Below, one piece after another: positions 12,601-53,532 of a stretch of 64,000 nt of DNA. The position numbers and the translations under genes are program-made. A model generated the notes under the pieces. It ran no database searches, was not told where the DNA came from, and saw only the letters and a program-made list of their open reading frames with translations. The DNA comes from Balanoglossus misakiensis (Eukaryota > Animalia > Hemichordata), in assembly GCA_040954595.2 (NCBI GenBank), contig CM082576.2, forward strand, positions 5,492,760-5,556,759. Direction: 5' to 3'. Position 1 is the stretch's first letter. Each line of letters opens with the position of its first letter.

Positions 12601-15600
12601 CTCCACCTGGTGTCGGTTTGTAACGAAAGGTCCGACATACAGGCTGCTAATGAAGGATCCCTATTACTTAGCCCCGACTTCTAAAGACCCAACAGAGTGA
12701 AAAGCGAGAGAGAAGAGCAGGCCCTACAGGCTACAGCGACTGTTAAGTCTCATCAGAATAGAATGTCGGTCAACTATTCATGCTTGTTTCATCTCTTCCT
12801 TTTTTCCCATGGTGTTACATAGTTGCAAAATCCTAAGGTGTTACACAGTCACAATTTCATAATGGCCTGTTTCTTCTAACTCAGTTTTACTCTTAAGGGG
12901 TGAGTCCAGCACAATACTATGAGACAAGGCATTGGAGGTTTGCCTGGCTCAATGGTTGAACCAAATCTGACACAGGAAAAACACCATACTAGTAATTATG
13001 TGCATGTATCGACAAACAACCTGAAAGCTAAAGAGCAATCACATGAGAAATCTTCGTCTTCTCGTCATCCTCCACTACTCACTTTGACAGCCTGGTGTCT
13101 GGAACATCTCTGTCAGGTGGGATCTCGTCACTCTTTCGTTGATTGAATTGATTCCTCTTGTAAGCGTCTTTGATGCCGGCATCCCTCGTCTTATCAATGT
13201 AAGCCTTGGCATCAAACGCCGCTGGGATCTCTAACTTCTCCTCTGCATACTGGTAAAAAGAATAAAAGAAAGAGAAGTCTGAGATGATGAACCTCCATCA
13301 AGAATTAAACGTAAATGGATAATATCTGTACATTGGGCCACGATAATGATGATGATGACCACCAAGTTTAAGTGCATAATGCTAGAGTCCAGGCACATCT
13401 GGACAAAATACGTCTGTCTATTCCTTCATTGTCTGATCAAGGTTTCCCACGAGAACTACAGCAACTTCCGAGATCATATTGATGGTCGTCAAGCGAGCTC
13501 AAAGTGGTAACAACACGTAGGTGGTGTAAATATACAAAGGGATTTAAAATTATTGTTATTCTGTGCTGTTAGTCATAGTTTTAACCAAATGTGTTGTCCT
13601 TCTCAAAAGAATTCTTTGACTCAATTGCCAGGTTCGGTACAAAAATTCTTTAACTAAACGTGTCATGGTTGTACATGTTCACTCCCATCGCATGTAAATA
13701 ACACATCACATTAACACAAGCATATCAGAACGACTAGTATACACATGGTGAATTTCCTACAATGGAAAACAGCCAGTGAATATATTTGAATATATTTGAA
13801 TGGGTCTGTGAAAGGGCTCCCATTTAAAATTGGTTTTGAGAAAAAACTAAGGTGTTAAATTTGCACCACTCAGTCACTCTGAACTTAGAAGTTAAGCTAC
13901 CAACTTTAAACGTGTGAATCTTCACATCTTCTGCTAGACATTTAGATACAACTGTACGCTGAGGAAAAGTCACCATAACAACACTATACAGTTTAATCTT
14001 CATCTGATAAGATGATCTCCAGACATGAGTTGACCAACTTCAAACATTGCCAGGCCAACAAGTCCTATTGACACTGACCAATACTGATACAATAGATGAT
14101 TAAACGAAACAGCTACATTTATATACAACACATTTCTGTTAAAAGGGGGCCATTTTGCCGACGCCTCATTTTTGTATGTGTTCAAATGCCCTCTCAAAAC
14201 TACCAAAATATTATTGCAATGAATGGGGCATCATTTGTGGCTTTGTATTCAAAGACAATGAGGTGGGAATCAAGTTACTTTGGGTTGTTGTTTGAAGATC
14301 ATTTCTGGGTGGGTCTGACCATAGCTTTCTCTAGGGTCTAGGGTCTGACCAGACAGTATGTTGATAATTCAGGAGTATTATGTCATAAAAACATGAGATA
14401 ATGATTGTTCTGAGTCTAGTGTAACATTTGCAGTTGCTAGCCATCCCGGGGACCTGTACTATACTAGTTATCAACTATCAATTTCAGCGCTGAGGACCAT
14501 GCATGTCAATTATCTTAAGTGGGGGTATACATGACACCCATCTGCCAGGCGACCTGGCAGAGCTACTTGTTAAAAGGAGTATTATGGTCATTACACTGGT
14601 AATATTAAATATCCCCACGAAATTAAGATTTCTAGGCACTTGCCAGTCAGCAGATACCATAAGGTAATATCAAATTTAATTTTCTGAAAACTTCGTAAAG
14701 GACCAAAAAACAGGCAATATGGTATATGAAAAGAAAAAGTCACCACTGTCCAACCACATTTCACCTGACTGTGCAAACTGACTTTGAAATTTGCGGATGT
14801 CTAGGGAAGTGTATCGCCCCTGATGATGTTGAAGAATTTTACTCCGGTTGCTCTTAACTATGAGAAGTGTACTATTGCCCCCATTCCAAGCATTTATTAC
14901 TGTCAAGATTATTTTGGGTCTCACTGAATATGAGCTCGTAAAAATGACAATATTTCGGTCTGAAATAAGAGTATGAGAATACTGTATCAGTGTCTCCCAG
15001 CAACTTGATCAAAAGCGCTTGCACGCTATATCAGAAAGAGATGCTTTTACACACCCACCCCCAGGATATTTGTGGATCTCAAACATGTTTCCACGTCCGA
15101 CTTCGAAATATGAACGCTGGCTCCAAGGAGCGATGCTTGACCTTTCGCCCAGCTGGGTTCTTATCGATACGACCAAGCTGCAGATTCTGATAAGCACAAG
15201 GTAAACTTATTTCCCCGAATAAAGGGTGCGATTCATCCGTATTTATTGTACTTACTGTATATATCGGTATTACGGGTAATTTCGATTAATAAGATTCGCT
15301 ACATAAATAATGCCGTCGGGCACATTTACAATTCATTGTATTTCACAATTCATTTCCATTAGTTGTTTTCTTAACTGACTTGCGGATTAAGAACGCTATA
15401 TTGTCAATTGTTTCACAAAAGCGCTACACTAACACACAATAATATATTTTACGTTTCCGTTGATCACCAAACATTTCCTCTTAACATCTTGACCAGTTCA
15501 TCAAACGCCGCCCCAAACGACTCACGGTGTTATCAAAATAGCGTTATGGATCAGTTGGTGACATGCGAATAGACAGACCCTATTTTGATAACACGTACCG

Positions 15601-16063
15601 ATCCGTACCTTACGAGAAGCCGGTGCGGTATAGTACACTCGAGTCGAAGCCTTTATAGTTACCGGGATCATCTCCCGTGCCCGGCCCCGCAACGAAACCC
15701 TTATCCTTGGCGTGTATATGTATAGTGAAGTGCTATACAGTCTTATGTTTTATGATCGCCATCATCCGGTTGCCGACGGGGCGGGTATCGTAGCGGAGGG
15801 AAACTCTACCAGTACAATGTCGAGGCACAGTCCTCACAGTAACTTAGCTCTAAGTTTAATTGCACTCAATGCCGATATGGAGTGCGATCGAAGCCTCTAA
15901 CAACAACGTTCAGTGAAGTACTCACCTGCTGTAACTCAAACCTTGAGTTGGCTCGGCTGACGACGGTGGAGTACAGCACCATTCCGACCATCCAGAGCGT
16001 CAGGAAGCCGAAAAACAGTTTCCGCTTCCGACGGACGGCCAGGCATTGACGGAAAAGAAGCAT
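579..16063 (-). CDS. Polypeptide N-acetylgalactosaminyltransferase, GALNT2/14/16 subfamily; multi-exon, 3' end truncated by window
   Basis: Exons 16063-15926, 13249-13083, 8883-8782, 7644-7577, 6750-6685, 6109-5988, (3185-3098 OR 1447-1348), 663-579 join in phase at GT-AG. Type II membrane N-terminus (RRKRK then hydrophobic segment) and family motifs [40 protein letters not shown] (DxH), [12 protein letters not shown]. Confidence 0.95.
1348..1447 (-). CDS. GALNT exon 7b (duplicated, divergent, putative mutually exclusive copy)
   Basis: [33 protein letters not shown]; 100 nt; phase 0 in, phase 1 out; tttacttcag / gtaaac; open frame. Confidence 0.82.
3098..3185 (-). CDS. GALNT exon 7a (canonical copy)
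   Basis: [29 protein letters not shown]; 88 nt; phase 0 in, phase 1 out; ttttcttag / gtacat. Confidence 0.93.
5988..6109 (-). CDS. GALNT exon 6 (DxH motif)
   Basis: [40 protein letters not shown]; 122 nt; ends in phase 0. Confidence 0.95.
6685..6750 (-). CDS. GALNT exon 5
   Basis: [23 protein letters not shown]; 66 nt. Confidence 0.93.
7577..7644 (-). CDS. GALNT exon 4
   Basis: [22 protein letters not shown]; 68 nt. Confidence 0.95.
8782..8883 (-). CDS. GALNT exon 3
   Basis: [33 protein letters not shown]; 102 nt. Confidence 0.95.
9111..9909. mobile_element. Non-autonomous DNA transposon (PIF/Harbinger-type MITE), 799 bp
   Basis: Perfect 43-bp terminal inverted repeats (GGCTGCATTCACAAACACCTCTGGAGGGGGGGGCGGGAGAATT); TAA target-site duplication at 9108-9110 and 9910-9912; no transposase ORF. 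Confidence 0.88.
13083..13249 (-). CDS. GALNT exon 2 (stem)
   Basis: [19 protein letters not shown]...[25 protein letters not shown]; 167 nt, ag/gt flanks. Confidence 0.92.
15926..16063 (-). CDS. GALNT exon 1 (cytoplasmic tail and TM anchor)
   Basis: [35 protein letters not shown]...ELQQ; donor CAG/gtgagt; phase 0. Confidence 0.85.
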
Positions 16064-19000
16064 CGGACCAAACAGTACGATTCATGAAGCGCTTGCCTGG
16101 CAGTAGTAGTAGGTAATCGTCCGTAACGTAACAGTAACACTGACTGCCTACTGCCCCGACAAAGGTGACAATGAAATGGTGACTGATAAATGAAGGCACT
16201 GAGTCTCTGATCGATTAAAACTCTAGAGGGCGCCAGCTCTGACCTAAGACGTCCCCGGCGCGCGGCGAGTATCTTGACAAAACTCTTTACTCGCCGTACA
16301 GACGTAGGGCAACGGCAAGGTGTACGCGGCAAGGACAGTCTGAAGACTTGTGAAGACTATTGACATTAACAGCACATGAAGAAACAGTCTCTTTTACAGG
16401 AGGTCAATGAACAAATGAGCACATTTACGTAGCGTCATTTCATCAACGCCAAAGTCTGTGACTGAGTATTGTCACTTGCCTTATATTCATGGATTTTATG
16501 TGGCCAAAGCCCCACGTCCTATGTACCCGTTGTGCATTTGTATCAGTTGTTTATTCGTAGAGAGGTGGTAGCTGAAGAACGAGTAAAACTAATTCCCTTT
16601 CGACGATGAAATACTAGTAATCTAGAAATAGAGGTTCTAACTCCTGTGTCTCCATGGTCTAGTCAGATATCATCGTAGGTGGCGCAAATCTGGGACCGGA
16701 GGAAAAGATTCATGTGTATTTTACATTGGAAGAAAAAAAATCGAACGGACAACGAAGGAATATATAAGTGTACAGCTCGTTCTTTTTTCTTCTTACTCAA
16801 GTAAAAACCTCCTTGGCTGAACGATCAGGTACTACGCCAACCTGCACCTTGACACCGACTGCGAACATGCAGTCTGAACCACCTGTTGATCGGGAGCAGT
16901 AAAGCCATCATTGGGGTTTTTCCATGGACCCCCTAAAGGATTGTGATGTTTATGTCTGGTCCCCCTAATTTTCTTGGAGAAAATGGGTGGTCCCCCCTGA
17001 AACCCCCCCCCCCCCCTGGAAGTAAATTCTGAACAGTCCTTTTGGTAAGTTGCTGTTTTCTCGCGTCATGTAATGAGTAGCAGAACACATGTTTATTGGT
17101 TCCATAGGTGACGTCACAATTCACTCGAAAAGAACGGGTTCTTTTCAAGAGTTTGGAATCACGATCCAGACATACACTACAGGGGCGAATTATGAAATTG
17201 TTTACGTTTAAGATGGACTTTCCACATAACTTGATAGACATTAGTTAAGTTTTACAGCTTCTGGGAAAATGCCCACGGACAAACAACTGAGAAACCGTGA
17301 CAGACACAAACTCGTAAGTATAACTGAATTGATTACTCGTTGCTAGGCTGTCTGCGATTGTGAACCATTGAGTTCGGCGCGCGTTCCCTTCTGATTTTTT
17401 TTACCGAACGGAAGGTGTTTATAGTCATGATGGTACGGTTTTCTTCTGGTGAGAAGCAACGCTATATGATTCAAATGTAAGTTCGCGACCCAGTACCAAG
17501 ATCTTTGGAAAGTGACTTTATATGTTCAATTGTAATCCTAAGTTACCAGAAAATGCCATTGGATTTGTCCTTATTTCGCACAATGCGCGCATATAAAGGT
17601 AAAAACAAAACAAAAGGCATTGCAATGAGTAAACTATAGGAGGCGCAACACAACGCTTGCTTACTACCAGATAACTTCTGGTTGTCATCATATCCGTTGA
17701 GTGAATTTCATTCTGATGAGCGAACATATGAGACTAATGCGAGGAAATTAAGCTTGGCTATTCAGACACACTGCATGTGTGAAACCACAGTCCATGAGAC
17801 AGACGGTGAAACTATGGGCAACGTCCAAGACGTTTCCTCTGAGAAATTGACAACGGCTCCATGTTTTCCGCTGACCAAGTTACAAGTAAGCTCATGAAGA
17901 TGCAACACAGGAGATGTACTGAGGAGGGACGTTACCAACTCTGGTTTCCTGTCGTTCTAGCCGGTGTGTACTTTATTTACAATGTATTGCAACAGATATA
18001 GCAGTACACAAAACAACGGTCGCGCGTGTTTTCATAATTTCTGAAATTGACATCTGGAGACGTTCGTGGCACATGCTTTCGTTTTCACAAGTCAAAGTCC
18101 TCACTGTACGTTCGTATGCACAAGAAAACATAAACTAGAAACTGGTTTGGGAGAAACGGTCAAAGGAGGGAATTCTCTTCCTTCTGGATCGAACCGAGTC
18201 GGACAGTTGCGAGTGGATGTCGTTGCCATGGAAGTACGTTGCATGGTCGAGGCCCCGGCCTGGCGCCGCGGTGGTCAAATCCAGGAAGTGAAACGGACTA
18301 GACTGCAGTGCATAGCATTCCATGCATTGTCTGCGCATGCGATCTGTCGATCTGAAGGAATGCCAATAGAAGTGAATAGGATAGTTGAGAGAGGTCGCCA
18401 TATAAGGGACTTAGCAAGTTAGTGATTTACACACCCGCAAGGGTTGGAAGAATTTGGACAACGAATCTCGTAAGAATATGCAGATGATTTTCGAGAGAAC
18501 CGTAGGCCCATATCGTTCTTTTTGTACAGTACTAGGCCTATACCATGTTACTTTAAGAAAAATAAAGAAAAGAAACTGTACTGTTGTGAAACACAACAAT
18601 ATGGAAAGATTTGTGGCGATATATTCATCTTCTCGTGTATTGTGGTAGATATGCTGGTTTATGCTATCAAACTATTCTCAATAATGCGCGAAAAGCACTT
18701 AGGGCCTAAATCGCAAATGTTGATTTCTTCTCGAAGTGGACTGGCCAGGTGTGTAGACAGTTGTAGCATAACTTTTATTCGCTTTTCATGTTATACTTCA
18801 CAAAAGTAAAATGACATGTAGGCCTATATTCACTAAGTTTCCTCTGTTCGAATTCGCTGGGAACCTGCGGGATTCTGAATATATACTTATTATTTGTTCA
18901 CATAGTAGAGAAAGTCGGGAGAGAAAGTAAAGGCTCGTCGGTGTGTAATTGTTTTTGCAAACCTTGATCATGCATGCCTTATGATCTAATACTTTTTTCC

Positions 19001-20607
19001 TTTATTTTTCTTTCTTTTCCCCTTTTCGAAGGGGATGGTTACTGGAAGCTACCTGTTGCATGATATATTGATAATCGCTCCATATGTGATTGGGATGATG
19101 TTCTTAAAGTTGTTTTTCTCCGTCGGCATCCGAAAAAAGTTTAATTCGCTCCCGTTTTACTTTGATGTGTTTGACACATGTTCGGCACAGCCCACAATCT
19201 TTGTAAGTGACTTGAAAATCTTTCAAATTCTGTCATCAAGACGCAGTTTAGTGTACTTTATTGGTTTATAACGTTAATACTAGAAAGTACAAGTGAGCGC
19301 GTCTCCATAGACTGTTGGATTTATTCGCCATGACTACGCTGTGGCCATGGCTACACAATTTCCTTACACCAGTCTCCGACAACAGCCGGTGTCGCATCTT
19401 TCACGGTTGAAACCGTAACATTTGGTCCGGAAATCCGCCCCTATGTGAGCATTTCAAACCTCGCCCTTCTCATGAGTATCATCGCCTCTTTAATACTACG
19501 TAAAGAACTGTGAACATAAGTTTAGTTGTGCGACCAAATTTCGCGTCTTCATATGCAACGTCATGCCGGATTTATCGTTTGAACAGAGATCTAAGTCGCA
19601 ACTTTTCGTTCTGTCAGAGACAATCCTAAACAAGTGGCTATTTGTGATAGGGTGAATGCTACAGTCTCAAATTCTTTTTTTGAAATTAAAAACAAATGAA
19701 CAGTTGACAAGCAGCCAAAATTATGCCAAAGAAATGGCTGGTCAAAATGGATTTCCCCCTTAAAAAGTCGCAGGATTCCGTGATGCCAAAATTGTTGAGC
19801 TGGGCCTACTCATTTCCAGGAAGGACGCGGTGCGGCCTTTTTAATTGAACTTGAAAGAAATCCACAAGGTTACAACATTGTCGGAAGTGGTGGCCCAGAA
19901 GCGATAAAAATATAGGCTTGTCATGTGCTTGATTTTCTCGATAGTTAATGTTCAGTTTTACTTTACAACATGACGCATGTCCTTGCCCATTCTATTCCTT
20001 GGTAGGCCTATGCTATACCAGATTTTTTTTTCACCTGGGAAATTCACTGATATTCGAGCGTTTTCTTGATAATCCATAATAAATTGAACTTTCGTCCATT
20101 ATGATTTTCTGACCAAAAGCCGTCTTTTTCTGCGTATTATAAGTTCATAAGTTTATTGCTGTGTGTGAAAATCTTTATGGGCATAGGCCTATTGTTCGGA
20201 AAACGTCTTCAAAGAAAGAATAGAATAGCTTATTATTATAAAGATGAATCATTTTAATATAAAACGCCGGAAGTGACTTTGATGACCTTAGACGAGGACA
20301 ATTTATTGTCGTTTCTTCCCCGCTGTGTGGGGGCGGTCATTTTCATGTGGACTGTGACGTGACATCGGATAAGTATTGTATATTTCCTGTGGGTTGTTGG
20401 ACCAGAGCGTACGCGTGTACTTGTGTCTGATCAAAGTAGCAATTCTCTTCACCAACGCCCTAGTCACGTGACAATCTTCCAGTGGCGGGGTCAGCTGCGG
20501 AAGTAGTAAGCAGGTTTCCATCGTGGAGGCCTCTCGAGATACTGTACTGAAGTTCTTTTCCGGCGTTCGTCCCTTCCTAAAGTGTGTTTGCTAACGGAAT
20601 AGAGGAG
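16064..20607. promoter_or_regulatory. Divergent (head-to-head) promoter region between GALNT and alpha-actinin
   Basis: CpG-richer than the flanks. Palindromic CRE GTGACGTCAC 17108-17117, ETS-like GGAAGT sites (about 18284, 20269, 20499), CArG 18398-18407, E-box palindrome GTCACGTGAC 20463-20472, CTCF-like CTAGAGGGCGC 16223-16233. Motif matches only. Confidence 0.6.
18398..18407 (+). promoter_or_regulatory. CArG box (SRF site)
   Basis: CCATATAAGG is a perfect CC(A/T)6GG, 2.2 kb upstream of the actinin ATG; cytoskeletal genes are typical SRF targets. Confidence 0.5.
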
Positions 20608-49767
<29,160 letters not shown>

Positions 49768-51274
49768 GAAGGGACTAACCCCGTCACCATAGCAACAGAG
49801 AGAATCATCAAAGAATGTAGTGGTACGCAGACGAAAAGCCTGGTTTATGTAGTCAGATCTTCTGTATACCGCCCTGTGAAGCGGGAACCCCCATACTGTA
49901 CTTTTTTGGTCAAATATGTATTTACATCTAATCTGGCAGAACAAAACTTTAGAACAAATGTAACCACCTGTATTCTGATTCAGATAAACCACTATTTTTC
50001 TGACTCAATTTTTCATACGCAGTGTTGTAAAACAGATAGTATTTTTTATGTAATGAACAAAAAAAAAGAAATGGTGTGCTTGCTGTTGTTTTTTTACATT
50101 ATAATTTTGGCACTTTGCCATGGCAACCTAAGCGGTCTGAAACTGCCTTCTATTTATAGGATGGTGACAAGTAAGATATAAAAATGAACAAAAAATAAAG
50201 TCACACTGATCAAGTACTCAGTCCTGTGGAATTTTTTGCTCAGACACATTTTGATTCCCATGTTTGTTTGTTTGGTGTTCAGTTCCTCTTGTTACATGTC
50301 CCAGGTACTAAACCCCTGTACCAAGATCTCTGAAATAACTTTGAAGCAAAATGTTTTCCAAAGTAAAAAAAAAATAATTATGCGAAGAAAAAATTTTTTG
50401 TTGTGTTTTCAGTTTTGGCGAAATACCAAATGTGTGAACAAAAAATAGTAGCAGGATTGGGAACTTGATCACTGAGAACATATGGCATGAGTCACTGAGT
50501 GCTGTCACCCACTTCTTAAAAATGAGCACGGCAAGGTGAACTATTGAAAAAGATGGCAGATTTAGTGAGCAGACTACATGACTTTCATGAAGGAGGGGGT
50601 GTCAGGTGTTGACCTGTTGCGAGGGGAGGGGAGGAGAGGGGAAGGCAACTAAAGGGCTTCAGTGGAAAGTGACTGAATCCGAGATGGCCTCCACACAAAA
50701 CATTTTAGTTGAAAGAAAATTTCAACGCATAGTGCATTTGGCACGTTAGTGAGCAAAAGTAACAAAATGCACGACCTGCAGGAAATCATGATGACAAAAA
50801 TGATTGTTTCTTTTAAAGTGACAGTGATGTGTACTTAATTTTTCAATTCTAGAAGTGATGATGTAATTAGGTGGAATGTTTTGACAATTGTTTCTTTCAC
50901 ATTAAAAAAAGAAAATCCCAACTTCTAGAGGCTGTTAAATAATGGGAAACATCCAATCTGGAGAACTAATCTTTGAAAACAAAGAAATCACGGTGTTTGA
51001 CCATGCCATTGTGTTTTTACTATATAGTCGGTTAGATTTGAGGAAGGACATCAATCATGATCTTATAATGGGCAGTTTGAACAGTCTGCATATGATAAAT
51101 AACTGAAAGAAACACAACTTCAAATTCTAGCTAAGCTTTTTTAATATTCAGCTGCAGTGCTATATATAAGAGCCCATATCATGAATAGAACAAACCATGT
51201 AGAGTTTTGGGGGACATCATTATGTTGCCAGCAACATGCATAGCATCTAGTCAATTTTCACATTTGTATACAGC

Positions 51275-51284
51275 ATTAAATAAA
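51275..51284 (+). terminator. Probable alpha-actinin polyadenylation signal
   Basis: Overlapping ATTAAA/AATAAA with a GT-rich tract downstream (about 51337-51360); other AATAAA sites near 50194, 51512, 52112 and 52824. Confidence 0.4.
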
Positions 51285-51376
51285 TACCATGTATTTTGAA
51301 CAACATTTTATACAATTTACAAAAACATTGTATTTAGTCCGTGTCTGTTGCCTCTGTAGTAACTGTCAATAGAAGT

Positions 51377-53092
51377 TCACAATTTACAAGTCGGTATAAT
51401 ACCATAGACAGTATTAAATAATTTTCCAAGCGCTGCCTCTTGTGGTACTTGCCACAATATTTCTTTCCACCCACCTGTTAAGCACATGTACATGAAACTA
51501 CAGCACCGCTGAATAAAGAGTAGTTTGGTCGAAACCGGCAATGACCAATAGGGAATTGGTTTGTTTGTTTTTGTAGTGGCATTTGTACAACTTTTCAGGT
51601 GTAAAATAGTGTTGTTTGAATCTGTCATTCAGAATAATAGCTAGCCACAGGAACAGTTCACCATAACCCTTCCAATTGGATTGCATTTTTCTGTAATATT
51701 TGCGAGATTAGATATTTTAATCTACCATTAACTTATGATAATCCACATGGTGTATTATGCTGATAAGGTGATTTGCATAACACTTTGCTATTGGTGCCTG
51801 CATGTGTTTTTTATGTATCATTAATTATGAATGACGTACCACACGCAGCTATTACCGGTAATGTAATTTCAATTGCGTGAATCTCTTTTTTTTATTTTGA
51901 TGACTCTGTGTCCATACTGTGGGGCTGACCTTATTTTTGATTTTTAAGTCGTAGACGTAGAAATTCAACATATATCATAATGTTTTTTTGTAATGAATTC
52001 TAGTTTGAGATTTGTAAATGGAAAACTGTATAAAAAGAGGAAAAGGTATGTCTGCTTTACAAGAAGATTTTAGGTGTTAGGAATTTTTTTTAAGCATGGT
52101 GGTGTTAGAAAATAAAGGCCTAATCGATCAAGCAGTAGATTATGTGGATGTTGTAGAAATTAGAATCTGATCAAAGTTTTGTAAAATTTTAGCAGTTGAA
52201 CATTTTTGATTTAGTGAACATGCTAATTTTGTAGATCATGGCCTGTTATCGACTTGTAGGGCAGTGACACTATTAGATTTTCTATGATTGTTAAATACTT
52301 TTTTTTGTGAACACACTTAAGATAGATATTGCATTTGTGATGAATGCAGAAATCGATCAAAAAAACAGTCAAAGTGGGGACAGACTTGTGTGATTTGCGG
52401 TCGCATCAGGGCCAACTCATGCAATATTTCATTTTGACACTGTGTTCAGTAACCTGGCTTTAACCCTTTCACCACCAACTCCCTCTAGCAGAATATAGAG
52501 GTCCAACTTTACCATAGAAAACAATGGATTTGGGTCAAACCACGGTGGTAAGAGGGTTAAGCCTGGAAGATGCAGCAGGCTCTGTGGTTTTCCAGATTGG
52601 TGGCCACTTCATTAGTCCAATGCTCTGTAGTGTACATGTAGCCAACACTCCATGTAGTTTCAGACCATATTCAGAATGTAAATTAGAACTCCATTTTACC
52701 CATAATATGCATTGTAGTTTATAGTGTATGACATGACAGCAACTCAGACAGTTGCTTCAATTCTCGTCAAGCCGCTTGACTTTCTAATGCTTTTTCCTTC
52801 ACCTGTATTTGACAGAAATGGTTAATAAAAAACAATGAAATTTTCATCTTTTTTCCCCCCTTGTCTGTTTCTGAATTAGCTGTTATGTCATGTTGTTTTG
52901 TAAACTGGTTTACTTACAGATTCCTCGGATTCCTTGTGTTTTGGTAAGATTAAATTCTACCACTATTGCTCCATCTTTCTTGGCTTCATCTTCTGTCGAT
53001 GGGGGCTCGAGTAGCACGGTCAAACTGTGACACAAACCGTTCAATATCACTGTCGTAGTATCAGAAATATCAGAGAAGTTGACAAGGTCCAT
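51377..53092 (-). CDS. Candidate two-exon small gene, 90 aa, unknown function
   Basis: join(53092-52918, 51474-51377) = 273 nt in frame; ATG in strong context (AGGATGG), donor T/gtaagta, acceptor cttaacag/G, phase 1 to phase 1; three CCAAT boxes upstream. Confidence 0.5.
52464..52556. mobile_element. piggyBac-type MITE (93 bp)
   Basis: TTAA duplication at 52460-52463 and 52557-52560; 13-bp TIR CCCTTTCACCACC / GGTGGTAAGAGGG (11 of 13 match). Confidence 0.75.
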
Positions 53093-53112
53093 CCTGACCA
53101 GTGGTAAACACG

Positions 53113-53267
53113 AAAATGGCGTGGCAGGTCATCCACATGGCAAGAGCATAATCTAAATATGCAGAAACGATCGCCTTCAACCAATCCCACGCATGTATAG
53201 ATTGAATGCTTTCTTGCTGGCCAATAGCAAATACAATCAAGCAGAGCGAGCCATGTACTTGACCAAT
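53113..53267 (-). promoter_or_regulatory. Putative NF-Y/YY1 promoter of the small gene
   Basis: CCAAT at 53181, 53221 and 53263 (40 and 42 bp spacing); YY1-like AAAATGGCG at 53113-53121. Confidence 0.5.
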
Positions 53268-53526
53268 CAGATTAAAACTGTTTCCTTCTACACAGGTGGT
53301 ACATGTCTCTGTTGCTCTTATTCACATGCAGATTGCATTGACTGGAACCAACTTGTCTGGGATAGCTAGGTCAATCTCCCAGACTTCTCTGCCTGGTGCA
53401 TACTTGTAAGCTGTGGGTGAATCCATCCCTTGGTGGGTGGCCAAATTAGTCAGCACATTTGTTGCGGTATACACACAAAAAACAGTGGAGCCTGACAGTA
53501 GTAAACATTATATACAAACGTGCTTT

Positions 53527-53532
53527 TTTATT
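53527..53532 (-). terminator. Probable polyadenylation signal of DZANK1-like gene
   Basis: AATAAA on the minus strand 1.3 kb after the stop codon, followed by TG/T-rich sequence. Confidence 0.4.

Noticed and set aside
14991-15200. 210-nt open plus-strand segment with ag/gt ends inside GALNT intron 1
   Set aside because: Acceptor lacks a pyrimidine tract, no partner exons found, no recognisable homology
16955-17040. C-run segment ending CTGAACAGTCC (similar end near 3520-3536)
   Set aside because: Probable MITE terminus fragments, one end only, cannot be delimited
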